Assembly: GCA_951406725.2 (NCBI GenBank)
Contig: OX597817.1
Span: forward strand, 93,248,001-93,312,000
Length of the DNA stretch: 64,000 nt
DNA from: Octopus vulgaris
Lineage: Eukaryota
Reading direction: 5' to 3'
Made by a program: the position numbers and the translations under genes. The notes under the pieces were generated by a model. It was not told the origin of the DNA. It searched no databases and saw only the letters and a list, made by a program, of their open reading frames with translations. The first letter of the stretch is position 1. Each line of letters opens with the position of its first letter. Of this stretch, positions 1 through 12,990 are shown piece by piece.

Positions 1-315
1 CTGGGCTCAAATCTCATTTGCCGATCCATGCAAAACGAACCTCCACCAACTAATCTGCCTATATGTCTGTGCACACCTTTCAATGTAATGTATGCCATAA
101 GGTCTGCAAATCTAACAGAGACCTCAAAAGACATTTTAAGACTCACAAAAATCAGAACTTAACTGCAGCTCTAGGTGGTCCAAATCGGATATGCAATCCA
201 TGTGGGTGTCTTTTCCAAACATTGTCTGGTTTAAAAAGCCACACCAGATGCCATGATGGATCCAAGGTGTAGGCACAGAAAGTGGTCAGATTCTGCATAA
301 GGAGTACACAACCAC

Positions 316-317
<2 letters not shown>
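1..317 (+). mobile_element. Probable 3' end of a non-LTR retrotransposon (RTE-like) with two C2H2-type zinc fingers (ORF 63-272)
   Basis: ORF has CNVCHKVCKSNRDLKRHFKTH and CNPCGCLFQTLSGLKSHTRCH, then a short tail and (TA)n. A similar C-terminal finger ends the RTE ORF at 33624. Confidence 0.5.
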
Positions 318-346
<29 letters not shown>

Positions 347-363
347 ATGTATGTATATATATA

Positions 364-401
<38 letters not shown>

Positions 402-420
402 AAAGACTACCTATCTAGCT
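318..420. repeat. (TA)n / (TATG)n microsatellite
   Basis: Directly visible. Confidence 0.95.
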
Positions 421-584
421 ACCTACTTACCTACCTACCTAACAACCTAAGAAATTAGATGAGGCACTTAAAACTGGCATCACATCCAACTTGCTGGCAG
501 CAAGGTTGGCCCTCGACCAACACTTCAATGCCAAACACGAGGGTTTGTGTTGTCAGAGCTAGGATGCATACTCTGAGAAACGAA

Positions 585-1742
585 GGAGTTGCTGCCGCTC
601 AAGAAACCTGGGTGGCAAAGGCGCAGCATGGCAACAAAGTCACGATTCGGTCTCTGATGGATGAACAGGGGCGTGAATTACTCGAGCCCGAAAGGATGTG
701 TGAGGCCTTTCAGCAGTACTTTGCCTTACTGTTCTGGAAGACTGGTGGGTCAGAACGCAGGGTAGACTTTATTGCCTACCTGCATGTCCTGCCACATCTC
801 TTGGCAAGAGATGCGTTGTGCTGTGAAAGACCCAACACAGCCATGGATGTATGGAGCACAATGGTAGGCTGCACGAGAGATAAGTCGCTAGGCTTGGATA
901 GTCTGCCCTATGAGCTTTATTGTCATATGCCAAACTTGTTTGGAGAAGTCTTGGCAACAGTCTACTGCAACTGGCAGCATAACAGGAATATCCTCAGTTT
1001 CATGAGCTGAGGAGCAGTGACACTGCTAAAGAAAGACCCAAACAAGGGGGATGTTAAAGATAATTTCAGGCCCATCACTCTGCTCAATGCAGATTTGAAG
1101 ATTTTGGCCAAGGTGCTAGCCAAAAGGTTGGCACTTGTCATCGAGAAATTGGTTGACAAGGCACAAACTTGCACTATTCCAGGCAGGAGTATCCATGACA
1201 ACCTCCGTCTGATGTGCTACATCATAAACAGTGTAGTTAAGGAACCTGGCATGGGTGAGGTGCTAATCAATTTGGATCAATTGAAAGCTTTCAATAGGGT
1301 TGACCATCATTACTTGGAGGTTGTCTTTAGGGTGGCTGGTTTCAGTCCTGTCTTCTGCAGTTGCATTGCTGCCTTATTCAGCGGCATCTGCTCAGTAAAC
1401 CATTTAACATCTCATGTTCGGTCTGTCAAGGATCCCCCCTCTCTTACCTTCTGTATGTATTAAATGAATGAAACCACTTTGAGCATGACCCTGTAAATCC
1501 GAGAGAGATTTCCCTGCCTGAGGTCTTTTTCGTAGGCTTTTCTTTCCACAGATAAACCTAATCTGTATTGCATTTTTACTCCCTCTTTTGGGGACTCTAT
1601 TATAAACAAAACATTGTTATTTTGCTGTTTATACATACCAAACACTTTCAGTCCCTTTTCATCGTATTTTTTTTTCCAAAAAGAAAAGCTCTACATTGTA
1701 TTGTCCCCTCTGTATTCGGCCCTGCGTGGGTAATAAAGTAAT
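585..1742 (+). mobile_element. Tx1/L1-clade LINE ORF2 fragment (RT N-terminal part plus 3' tail), disrupted
   Basis: Motifs KSLGLDSLPYELY, NFRPITLLNADLKILAKVLAKRL, QTCTIPGRSIHDN and LDQLKAFNRVDH, with a stop between ORFs 459-1010 and 1017-1463. The tail ends in an AATAAAG-containing segment. Confidence 0.85.
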
Positions 1743-2779
1743 CTGTCTATCTATCTATCTATCTATCTATCTTTCAAAATAGTTCAAGAGAAAGAAGAAA
1801 TTATTCTTTTTCGTTCACAGTTCAACACACTTGGGCTGATAAAGGGAAATTATGTATATATATAGAGAGAGATACATAGAGAGAGGAAGATGAGCAGTTA
1901 ATAAACTTATCTCCATGTGTGATGAATGATCCATGTTTAAATAAAACATCAACAATTCTCCTTGGTACAAAATGATGTAAGGTGGGCGAGATGGATTAAG
2001 TCTATTTTAAGGTTAACATGGTTAATACAGGACTAGTTTCATGTTTATATACATAATTTGCCGCTATCTGCCCAACTGCAAGTTAGAAGCATGATGAACA
2101 ATGAACAAAGAAGCCTCAAACCCTAAATGCAAACCTTAAGCAAAGAAATATAAATTTTGAATTATCCTGTTCTGTTATGGATACAGCCACTCCATGTAGC
2201 CATAAATCATCTCTCTGTAGATTATGTGTTAAACAATCACTATATATTTTATAATATAATGTGTCAATCTGAAATAAATATGCTGATCTGAAGCATTATC
2301 TACATGCCGACACTGTTTTTATCAAACTTAAATTTTGTCAGAAATCAATAAAATAATATCTTGCAGTGTTAGCTTAACATCATATGGTTACATTTAGGTA
2401 ATAAATCATCTATTTTTCAATTAATAAAAATAATTATCATAATTGTTCCCCATTAATATTTTTTAAATTAGACACTATATATTCATTAGATATTACTTGC
2501 TCATTAAATAAATGTTTCGGTTGTACACCCATGACATTTGAACTTCCAATCTTCCAATGAATAACTACTTAACATTTAGACACTATCCATAAATTCATTC
2601 ACCACTAAGTCACCTATTTAACAATAATTATATTTGCATAGAAAAGCTAAGCAATACCTTAACACATTAATACTATTTATACCTCTTGCTACTACCTCAA
2701 TTACTATCATACCAATATAAAAGCATATATTTTCATACTTTGTATCTCTACTGTAAACATCTTAAATTTGGAATTTTCT

Positions 2780-4245
2780 GGTGATGGATGGTTTTTTCAC
2801 TGTGAGTTAAATTGTTAATACTGTTAACTGTTTTGTGTCTAGTGACACTTTGTTTTTTGCCTATGGTGATTTTTTGATGCTTTTTCCACTTGTTTGAAGT
2901 GGGGAAGCACGGTAATGGAGGCAAAAATATGAGAATGTTAGCTCCTCAGACTTAATGTTGTCTGAGGAGGAGCTGCTGAAAAGATTAAAAACAATTGATG
3001 ATGTAAAGGAAAGGAAGAAGAGTTTTGCAGAGGCAGCTGAAGGTAAAAGTGAAAATGTATGCATTGAGAAAGAGGAATTGGAGAGATTCAAAGGAATGTT
3101 GAAGAGGGTGGGGAATGATGTAAAGGTGCCCCCTCCCAGTGAGACTACAAAGCAAGTCAAGGAGAGAGTGATAATTTACCGGGCGTACAGCCTGAAATTG
3201 CAACTTGGGCTCAGGTAGAGAAGGCATTACAACCAATATGACAGGAAATAACGTACTTTGCAAGAGGCAGGAAATATGCAAAGGTGGAAGTACGGTTTGT
3301 GAGGGAGGCTTTGGCCAGGCAGCATTCCGTAACTTCCCTCAAAGCAGACGAGGTGGTCCTTCTGCCCATTTACCTGGAAATGTGTGCTCCAGAGGTGAAT
3401 GTTGCTTAGCTGGTGGCTGCCATCCTGTTAGTGTTGGAAGAGAGAGTTGTGGTCCTCCAAGCCAAACGTGTTCCACAAATGAATTGGCAAGGGCAGGGCC
3501 TGGAAATGATAACCCAGGCCATTCCGGAGGACTTGGAAAAAATGGTGGAGACTATCACAGTAGGAGAAAAGGTGAAGCTAAGAGTTGTGGTGGAGGGCAG
3601 AATGCCCCGATGTTTTAAGTGTGGCCAAAAAGGTCACATAAGAACAGAATGCCCTCTGCCTGGCGTAAAAGGCACCAACAGAGGAAATCACACCTCCACC
3701 TCTTGCAACTTCATGTGATGCGGTAGTGTGTGAGGAGGTGTCGGATAAGGAGGACGAGACCCAAGAAGCAGAGGCAAAAGAATGGAATACAGTGGCCAAG
3801 AAAAGGAAAAGAAGGAATGAAGAACTCAAGGTGAAAATGTGAAACCCCACCCGACTCCCACCCTGCCCCATGATGTCTCACCCTCTCCCAGCAGTCACCA
3901 ACCCTCAACCTACTCCACTTGACACAGACACAATTACAGACACGCAGATACCTGAAATTCCCCAATCCCCACCCCAAAAAGGTAAAAAACTGTATGACAT
4001 TTTATACAACAATTGATTAAACTTTAGCATGAGAACGTTTAACTGTAATGAATTAATGTTTTAAAAACTGTGTTAAAAGAGTTAAATGAGGTCGCTAGGA
4101 TTGTGGGGCCGAGTGGTCTTCATTCCATTTTCCATTATTTATAACCATCTCTTTCAGTCGTTTTTATTTTTTTCCCCACTTATGTGTTTGTCTGTCCTTG
4201 TATTGTCCCTCTTCTATTAGTTCCTTGTGCGTAATTAAGAATAAA
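2780..4245 (+). mobile_element. Tx1/L1-clade ORF1 (gag-like) remnant with a CCHC zinc knuckle, internally deleted element
   Basis: ORF 3413-3718 contains CFKCGQKGHIRTEC (CX2CX4HX4C). ORF 2955-3218 has a KKSFAEAA motif. The 3' tail resembles the one at ~1700. Confidence 0.7.
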
Positions 4246-5780
4246 TCTCTACTGTTAACATCATAAAAGGGTTTCCCCAATGGTTAGTGTTATTTTTGAA
4301 AGTCATTGTTGAAAGGTGATGTTATTGTTATATATTGTTGAAAATATTGTTGAAAAGTCTTTGTGTGAACATTCTGTTTTGTCTGCCTTCCAGCAGATTT
4401 GTTACTTTTTCCCCCCTGGTTTGATGGGGAGAGCATTGTGTTATTATGCATTCGTATTCCAACATAGAGTCCTTTGAGGAGGAATTGTTGAGATGCATTA
4501 ATAGCATCAACAAGGAGATGGAAGGAAAGAGTTTTGCAATAGTGGCTGGTAATTCGAGAGAGGAGGTGCAAATAAGTAAGGAGCAGCTGAGAAGTTCAAA
4601 GAATTAATAAAAAGATAAGCGAATGAAATTGTTGTGGCCCTGCCAAAGGAAGTATGTCAAAGTGTGGAAAAAAAAAAACCATTGTGTATAAAACGTTTGG
4701 TTTGGAAAAGAAAAGCATATGTGAATAGAGAGAATGGAATAAGAGAATGTGAATAGGTAATTGAAAAATATTGGAAACAATAAGCAGGAGAACGGTTGGA
4801 CATTTACTTTTTAACCACTACAATTGTTTTGATGCAACGTAGTTTTCCAAGTGTGCAGGTACTTGATTATGCAACTGTTTCCTTGCATTATGAGATCTAG
4901 CTGTGTTTCCTCAGGTGATATGGGATCTAGTTAAACTGATTTACAAAATATGCATTTTTAAAAGTAAAAAATCTGAAAATCAGCTATAATAATGTAGTTT
5001 TCCAGTCTTATTGCTATGAAGGTATGATGTTGTGGAGAAAAAAATTGGAGGAAAAAGTTACAGAGGTTTAAAAGTCAGAAAAAAACTATTTTAGCCAATA
5101 GCGAGACAGAAATTTTCTGCGTTTAGCAGAGTGGTGTCAACTTTAAGGTTGTACCCTGTGAAATTTATAGTTTAGCGTCTGTGAAATGACCTGTTCATTG
5201 TAGGTTTCTAAATAAACAGAAATACCTAATAAAATCAACATGTATCATCTTACTGTTTCTTTTGTCTCTTCATTGATTGTATGCTTTTATTATTTTAATT
5301 TGTTATATTAAATGTATTTGTCTGCATTTGTTTACTTTATGCATATTTCAGTATTATGTATACCTGTTATGTGTTTGTGTACATCATTGATATATAAGTG
5401 CACGTGTGTGTGTGTGTGTGTGTGTGAAAAGGGGGCGTCAGTCTTCAAAACTCCAATGTTGAGTAACGTTTTTATGCTTGGATTTGTAAACTACAATAAG
5501 AATAACACTGGTCAACAAAGAATTTGTCCCAAGAAAAAGAATACCTGTTTCTTACATGTTTTTGCATGCAGAATTCAAAAATAATATCAAATTATCTGCA
5601 TCACCCTCAGTTTCTTTGTTCTACGATATCCCTCTCAGTTGCTGCTATGTGGGCTAAATTTCAGTTAATCTGTGGAAATGGGAAGCTAACGGTTTAAGAA
5701 ATACTACTAATTTAAATATTTATTATTAGAATTAATCTAGTGAAATCATAAACACAGCTGAGTCAATTAGTTCCTGAAGC

Positions 5781-8290
5781 TTGGCAATACTGGGTGCTTT
5801 TTACGTGCTACCCGCACAGGTGCCAGATAGAGCTGGCAAATGGCCACGAACGGATGGTGCTTTTTACGTGCCACCGGCACGAGGCCAGTCGGGGCGGCGT
5901 TGGCAACGGTCGCGAAACGGAAGGTTCTCTTACATGCCACCGGCACTGGTAACACATCTGCAATTTCCATTGATCAATTTCGATTCTGATCCTCACTTGC
6001 CTCAACAGGTCTTCACAAGTAGAGTTTTGTGTCCCAAGAAGGGAAGGTATGCATACGTAGGCTGGCTTCATCCCATGTAGAAGGCCACGGGTTATGGACT
6101 CACTTGTCCTGCCGGGTCTTCTCGCGCACAGCACACTTCCAGAGGTCTTGGTCTCTAGTCATTTCCTCAGTGAGACCTAAAGTTCGAAGGTCGTGCTTCA
6201 CCACCTCGTCCCAGGTTTTCCTGGGTCTGCCTCTTCCGCAGGTTCCCTCAACCGCTAGGGTGTGGCACTTTTTCACACAACTATCTTCATCCATTCTCGC
6301 CACATGACCATACCAGCGCAAACGTCTCTCTTGCACACCACAACTGACGCTTCTTAGGTCCAGCTTTTCTCTCAAGGTACTTACACTCTGCCGAGTATGA
6401 GTACTGACATTACACATCCATCGGAGCATACTGGCTTCATTTCTTGCGAGCTTACGCGTATCCTCAGCAGTCACGGCCCATGTTTCACTGCCATGTAGCA
6501 TGGCTGTTCGTACACACGCATCATACAGTCTGCCTTTCACTCTGTGCAAGAGGCCTTTTGTCACCAGCAGAGGTAAGAGCTCTCTGAACTTTGCCCAAGC
6601 TATTCTTACTCTAGCAGTTACACTTTCAGCACACCCGCCCCCGTTGCTGACTTGGTCACCTAGGTAACGGAAACTATCAACTATTTCTAGTTTTTCTCCC
6701 TGGAAAGTGACGGAAGTTGGTCTCAGAGCATTTTCAGTGTTTATTGTTCCTGAGCATCTGCCACATACAAAAACCATCTTCCTAGTTAGCCTTCCTTTGA
6801 CATTGCTGCACCTCTTATGTGTCCATAGCTTACACTTGGTGCATCTTATAGAGTTTCTACCTACACCTTTTCTACAGATCGAGCAGGGCCATCTACCTGA
6901 AGGCGTTTGTGATTTGTCTACCTTCCTACTGATTACGACTTTGGTTTTAGCTAGATTGACTCTGAGGCCCTTCGATTCTAATCCTTGTTTCCACACCTGA
7001 AACTTCTCCTCCAGTTCTGATAGCGACTCAGCAATTAGAGCAAGGTCATCAGCATAGAGGAGCTCCCAAGGGCATCCTGTCTTGAATTCCTCCGTTATTG
7101 CCTGGAGGACTATGATAAATAGGAGGGGGATGAGGACTGAGCCTTGGTGGACCCCTACCTCTACCCGGAATTCTTCACTGTACTCGTTGCCAACCCTCAC
7201 CTTACTAGCAGCGTCCCTATACATGGCTTGCACAGCTCTCACTAACCATTCATCTATCCCTAGTTTCCTCATTGACCACCAGATAAGGGATCGGGGGACC
7301 CTGTCGAAGGCTTTCTCCATGTCAACGAAAGCCAAGTACAGGGGCTTATCTTTAGCCAGGTATTTCTCCTGCAGCTGCCTTACCAGGAATATAGCATCAG
7401 TAGTACTTTTCCCTAGCACAAACCCAAACTGCATCTCATCTAAACTAACTCTCTCTCTAATTAGTTGGGCTATGACCCTCTCCGTAACCTTCATCACCTG
7501 ATCCAACAGCTTGATACCTCTGTAGTTATTTGTATCTAGGGCGTCACCTTTACCTTTGTAGCAGTTGACTATTATGCTGCTACACCAGTCATTGGGTATG
7601 ACTCCTTTGTGTATCACCTGATTAACTATACGGGTGACTAGGCTATAGCCGACACTACCAGACATTTTGAGCATCTCTGCAGTGATTCCTGATGGGCCTG
7701 GGGCTTTCCCTGTCTTCATGCTTCTAATTGCCTTAGCTACCACGGAACTATCAACTCGGATAGCTGGTCCCTCTGTTGGGTCAACATTCGGCAGACTCTC
7801 TTTATCCCATTCATTTTCTTTATTCAGCAACCTTTCATAGTGGCATCTCCAAACCTCTCTCTTTGCATCCTCATTTAGCACAAGTGAACCATCTTCCATG
7901 CGAACACACTTCTCTCCTACCACATCTCGATTCTCTTTCACACACTGTCTTGCAATGCGAAACACCTCCAGTCTTTGGTCCTCACGATGCAGAACATTGG
8001 CAAATTTTTTCTTATCTGCTTCCCCTCTGGCTAAATAAACCTGTCTCCTAGCTTCTCTTTTGGCAGTCTGCTACCCCCATTTTTCCAGACCTTCCAAGCC
8101 TGTCTCTTTTCTCTAATAGCCCTGTCTACAATATTGTTCCACCACCACGTTATTCTAGGTCGAGAGGGGACTTTGCACCAGCCACTGACCAGATCTGTGG
8201 CTGGTGCAAAGTCCCCTCCCGACCTTTGACGAAGTAGAAGGGGATAGAGCCTCATAGGGGGTAGAAGACAACTGGACGTTTCTAAGGGAC
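5781..8290 (-). mobile_element. RTE-clade LINE copy 1, 5'-truncated, with a small 5' inversion
   Basis: ORF 6100-7965 has YRGIKLL, FVDMEKAFDRV, GVHQGSVL and LLYADDLAL. It is near-identical to the copies at 44940 and 55868. The 3' UTR minisatellite is at 5781-5950. Confidence 0.95.
6100..7965 (-). pseudogene. RTE reverse transcriptase ORF (621 aa open, endonuclease missing) with an embedded PHD-like finger
   Basis: YADD catalytic motif. Cys/His cluster WPCSICRKGVGRNSIRCTKCKLWTHKRCS...FVCGRC. Confidence 0.9.
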
Positions 8291-8699
8291 AATATATATA
8301 TATATATATATTATACCAAAACTTAAAATTTGTCTGTTTTCCTGCCATTTGATTAAGATGATCAAGATTACAAATAAAGCAGTCATTTCTCCCTTTAAGA
8401 AAAAAAAATCAGTTGAAATTGTTGACACTTCAAAGAGTCATTACAGCTGCCACATCCATCCTTTTTTTTACTTTCTTTTTCCTTCCCTTAATCATTTATA
8501 CAACTTTTGAGTGCTGTGGACTGAAAGATAGAAATTCACCCTATAGTTTCATGAGATAATTTTTGAATCATGGGTACTTGATTTTTTTTTTAAAGAGGAA
8601 AATTAATATTTTATTTAAAATAAAATATTAATTTTTATCATCTCAAAAACAGAAAAACAGACAGAGAGACTATCTCTTTATAGATGAAGATCAGTTACC

Positions 8700-9320
8700 A
8701 ATTGGGGGAGTTGAATCTCATAAGAATGGAAAAACAAACAACAAATGGGTTGTACCTTATAATGAAACTCTTTTAAGAGCATTCAAATGCCACTGCAACA
8801 TTGAAATTGTTGCTTCAGTGAGGTAAATTATGTCATCAAGTGCACACTGAAAGGAAATGATCAAACTGTCATTCAAATAAACAATGATAATGAAATTAGT
8901 GTTTATCTAATGGTTAGGTATATTGAACCATCCAAAAGCAGTTGCATCCATTTTTAGGATTTTCAGTTCATGAAAGAGTACCTGCAATAGTGAGAATGTA
9001 GGTTCATCTACCAGATGAACAAAGAATATTGCTCAGAAGTAATGAGGATATATATGGCTGTCAATGAACAACATATGAGAACAACATTGACAGAATTCTT
9101 TCCATTGTGCATAAATGATAACTTTGCAAAAGACATTACTTTATGCTGAAGTGCTTGAAACAGTAGTAACAAAGAATGGCAAAGAAGAAAGTGAGGAAAA
9201 ATGTTGAAGGTCATTTGAATGTTTTCAAAGGAAAAAACACTTGGTTATGTTTATGTTGTTACACCAAAGGCAGGAGAACTGTATTATTTAAGAATTTTAT
9301 TGCATGAAGTTCAAAATAGT
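8700..9320 (+). mobile_element. Degraded Helitron Rep/helicase coding fragment
   Basis: Hand translation across frameshifts gives NNKWVVPYNETLLRAFKCHCNIEIVASV, KGND, VHLPDEQ, TTLTEFF and ELYYLRILLHEV, which match typical Helitron RepHel motifs. Confidence 0.8.
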
Positions 9321-9394
9321 ATTTTTTCCTTCACCATGCATTGACATTTTTAACTTGGAGTGGTTGTGACACACCCGGTCACGAGTATATCTAG

Positions 9395-9670
9395 CATATA
9401 TATATATGTATTTATGTATGTATGTATGTAAGTATTATGTATGTATGTATGTATGTATGTATGTATGTATGTATGTATGTATGTATGTATGTATGTATGT
9501 ATATATATATGTATGTATGTATGTATATATTACTACTCACGTAACATTTATATATATGTTATGTGAATGATAATATTTTGAAAACAAGTGTTTAATATTT
9601 AATTTCATATATCTATGTGTGTGTTTGCCTGTGTGTATGTGTGTGTATACACGTGTATGTACATGCGTTT
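9395..9670. repeat. (TATG)n / (TA)n / (TG)n microsatellite block
   Basis: Directly visible. Confidence 0.95.
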
Positions 9671-10859
9671 GTGAAACTGATAAAGTACATACAATTTATG
9701 ACTCTTCCTTCCCTCTATCATGACTGACAGGACACATTGCATTTGATTATATGTAAGATAAGATGCCTTTGTACATATGCAAGATATAAATAGTTAAGTA
9801 TAATGAATTTATAGAAATACATAACTATTTTTATGCTTATTCTTGTCAACTGCTTATTTTTAATGACATAATAATGACCACCACCACCACCACCACTACT
9901 TCAAAATGTATTTAGTGTGGGCCTTAATTATTAATTTGTTATTGGTAGTATACAATATTAGGCTGGTTGTGTGTAAAGGCAAGAATGACTACTCTTATAT
10001 TTGGATAAATTTCTATATATTTTGTTATCCAAAACATTTGCATTTAAATTTGTACAATAATTATTTGAATACAACATCATATGAGAGATAATAAATCTGA
10101 TAATAACAAGTCTTGATTATGAATAATATTTTAGTGATTTATATGATATTTGATTGTAGTTATTAAAGAAGGAGAGAGTAGAAAAAATATGAGAACACAA
10201 AGCTGACAAACAGATTTCTGTGTAACACCTGATGTTGTTCTATGATGATTGAAGAAAACAAGAGATCATCTCACATAGCAAAATGACAAGATTCTGTGTG
10301 GCTTCTGGATGCTTCTGTCTGGAGTTAAATTTGCCAGTTTTTTATGACCCAATGAATTTTTTCTACAAGGTTTGAGCAGACTATTTGGGGGAAAGATTTC
10401 AAGTCACCTGGTTACACACCAGCCAGTCAGACTGGTCAAGTTGTACATATTCATGTACATGTTAATGCCTTTTAAGGTGACACAGTCTTTCCAAACAGGC
10501 CCTTGCCTTTTATGGCAGTATGGTAGGCTGCGATACTGAGGTGAGAAGCCTAAGTGCAATGGTTCAAAATTCAGCAAGAGCCTTGTTACATATTTATTTT
10601 GACACAAGAAGTAGATAACCCCAGTAAATGTTTATTTGGTGTCTCGTTTTTAACCTTCTAAAGTATCAGAATTTAAAAAAATAGAATCCAACCAATGACC
10701 AAAAAATTAGATACATCTGGGCAGTTTCCAAATTCCACATCATTACTAAATTAGTGTGAATTTCTTGGTCTTGTAAATTTATATTGGTGCTTTATTCAGC
10801 ACTGTACTGAAACAACTTACCCCTTGACAGGGTTGTTACATTTTACTCTTCTTTTTTTT

Positions 10860-11990
10860 CCTGCCTTTAACCCTCCAACGCGGAGAATAGGCCACTTATG
10901 ATTGAATTCCATGTCACATAGTTTTTTGCTTCTGTACTTATACTATGCCATGAATGTCCCCCTTTCTCTAGTTCCTTTTGTGTTGATCTACACCACAAGT
11001 TCTTAGGCCTACCTTTCTTTCTATATCCATCCAGATTCCACTGAAAAGCACTTCATTTGTTCTTTGCCATAGCTCCATATTGCTTATGTGTTCGGACCAT
11101 CTAATTTTAAGTATACTACGCAAGCATCTGTTGATGAATGATTATATTTGCTTATTTGACTTAACTGTTGTTCATCATGTCTCAGTCCCATACAATAACA
11201 CCGCTTTTACATTAGTGTTAAAAATTCTTATTTTGTTCTTCATTGAAATTACACTTGCACTCCATACTTTTTTTAACAGGTGAAAAACGGTCCTTTGCCT
11301 TACTTATTCTCATCTTAATATCTTCGTCGGTACCGCCTGGAAACGTTATCTTACTACCTAAATACGTAAATTCAGCTACATCCTCTAGTTCACCGGTTTC
11401 TAGATTAATATATTCACTATTTTCTTCATTAACGCGCATAATTTTTGATTTGGCGCGGTTGACTTTCAATCCTAGTTTGGCAGCTATTGCTTCTAATTTT
11501 GACGTTTTATTTTGCATTTGTCTATATGTTTGTAAAAGTAGCGCTATATCATCTGCAAAGTCGAGATCTTCTACAGATTCTGCATTCAGCCATTCAATGC
11601 CTGTTTGGCTTTCAATCATAGTTTCCTTCATAATCCAATCTATAACTAGTTCGAATTTATCCGTAACTCCATTTCCATGCAAGACTCGGCATGACATTCC
11701 TTGGTAAGTTGCTCTTATTATAGATATATACTTGTCTAGTATGCCATAATGCTGCATAATTTTCCATAAGCCCTCCCTATCTACTCTACGCTTTGCTCTA
11801 AGATGATGTGAAGAGTGGCAATTTGATCTACACATGAACAGTTCTTCCTAAATTTGGCTTGTTCTTTACGCAACAATTTGTCAACTGCTGTCCTCATCCG
11901 CTCTAAAAGTATCCTATTAAAAACTTTTCCGGGAGTCGATAATAGCATAATCCTTCCATAATTTCCACAAATGCTTAAATCACCTTTTCT
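10860..11990 (-). mobile_element. Old RTE-clade LINE fragment from a different family
   Basis: ORF 11218-11835 has DLDFADDIALL, GLKVNRAKSKIM and FTYLGS, flanked by disrupted RT and thumb sequence. Confidence 0.85.
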
Positions 11991-12099
11991 TTTCCCCCCT
12001 TTTTTTTTACATGTTACATGTTACAGGAAAGAAAAATTCTTTTAATAACAGAGAGATTGCAGTATTCAATGCTATAAAATGTAACTATCCAAGATTGCC

Positions 12100-12990
12100 A
12101 TATTGACTCACCTAATACCAGGTGAACCCCTTTTTCCTTCAGTGGATGCTTCTGACATTGGAATCAGCAGTGTTTTAAAGAACTTTATTCAAGATTCTTA
12201 GCAATCCCTGTCATTCTTCTCAAAGCATTTGAAACCAACTGAAACTAGTCACAATACCTTTGGTTGAGAATTATTGACAGCATACTTTCAGCTAAACAAT
12301 TCCATTTCCTGGAAAGGAGAAACTTTATTTAGACTGATTATAAACCATGACTCTTGCACTGGTATCAAAACCAGATAAACATTCACCAAGAGAAATCAGG
12401 CATCTTGATTTTATATCACAGTTCACTGATGATATTTTTTTTATCAAGGGTTCTGATAATTGTGCAGGTCTTGCTTTATCCCTTGCTCATATAAATACTC
12501 TGCACTCTTGAGCTACAGAAAATTGCTGTGGATCATCAAATAGATTAATTGCTCCAACTAAACTCAACACTATCTTCCTTTTGTCTTGTTACTCTTCTTG
12601 CCACTACAATGCATATTTGATGTGATATTTCAAAGAACAAACTTTTGTATCTGCTAAGCATCGACCTTGAGTTCTTTCTGTTTTATATTGTCAGTGGCAT
12701 CCTGGAATTGCAGCATTGGAGTAATTTATTTCAGCTCATTTATTTGGCTAGAAATGAAGAGTTTTGTTTGTAAATGGGCCAGAAATTTTATATCTTGTCA
12801 GAAAGCTAAAGTTCATTGGCATACTAAAGTGCCCCTTGGAACTTTTGCTACACCGGTTGCTTGTTTCCAACACTTGCCTATAGATATGGTTGTACCCTCA
12901 CTACTTGTTCAAGACTCTGTCTATCTATTGACCTGTATTGTTTCTTTAGATGGCCTGAAGCTATTTCTGTCAGATATATTTCAACTACAC
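12100..12990 (+). mobile_element. Degraded Ty3/Gypsy LTR-retrotransposon pol (RNase H and integrase zinc finger/core)
   Basis: Hand translation gives DASDIG, TDYKP, KHSPREIRHLDFISQF, IKGSDN, SCQKAKVHWHTKVPLGTF and RWPEAI. Confidence 0.85.

Noticed and set aside
63-272. Host C2H2 zinc-finger gene
   Set aside because: No TGEKP linkers, and it is followed by a short tail and a microsatellite. More like a LINE C-terminus, though the window edge limits certainty.
5556-5670. Possible minus-strand exon with a good acceptor and GTAAGA donor
   Set aside because: Stops in all frames and no partner exons identified.
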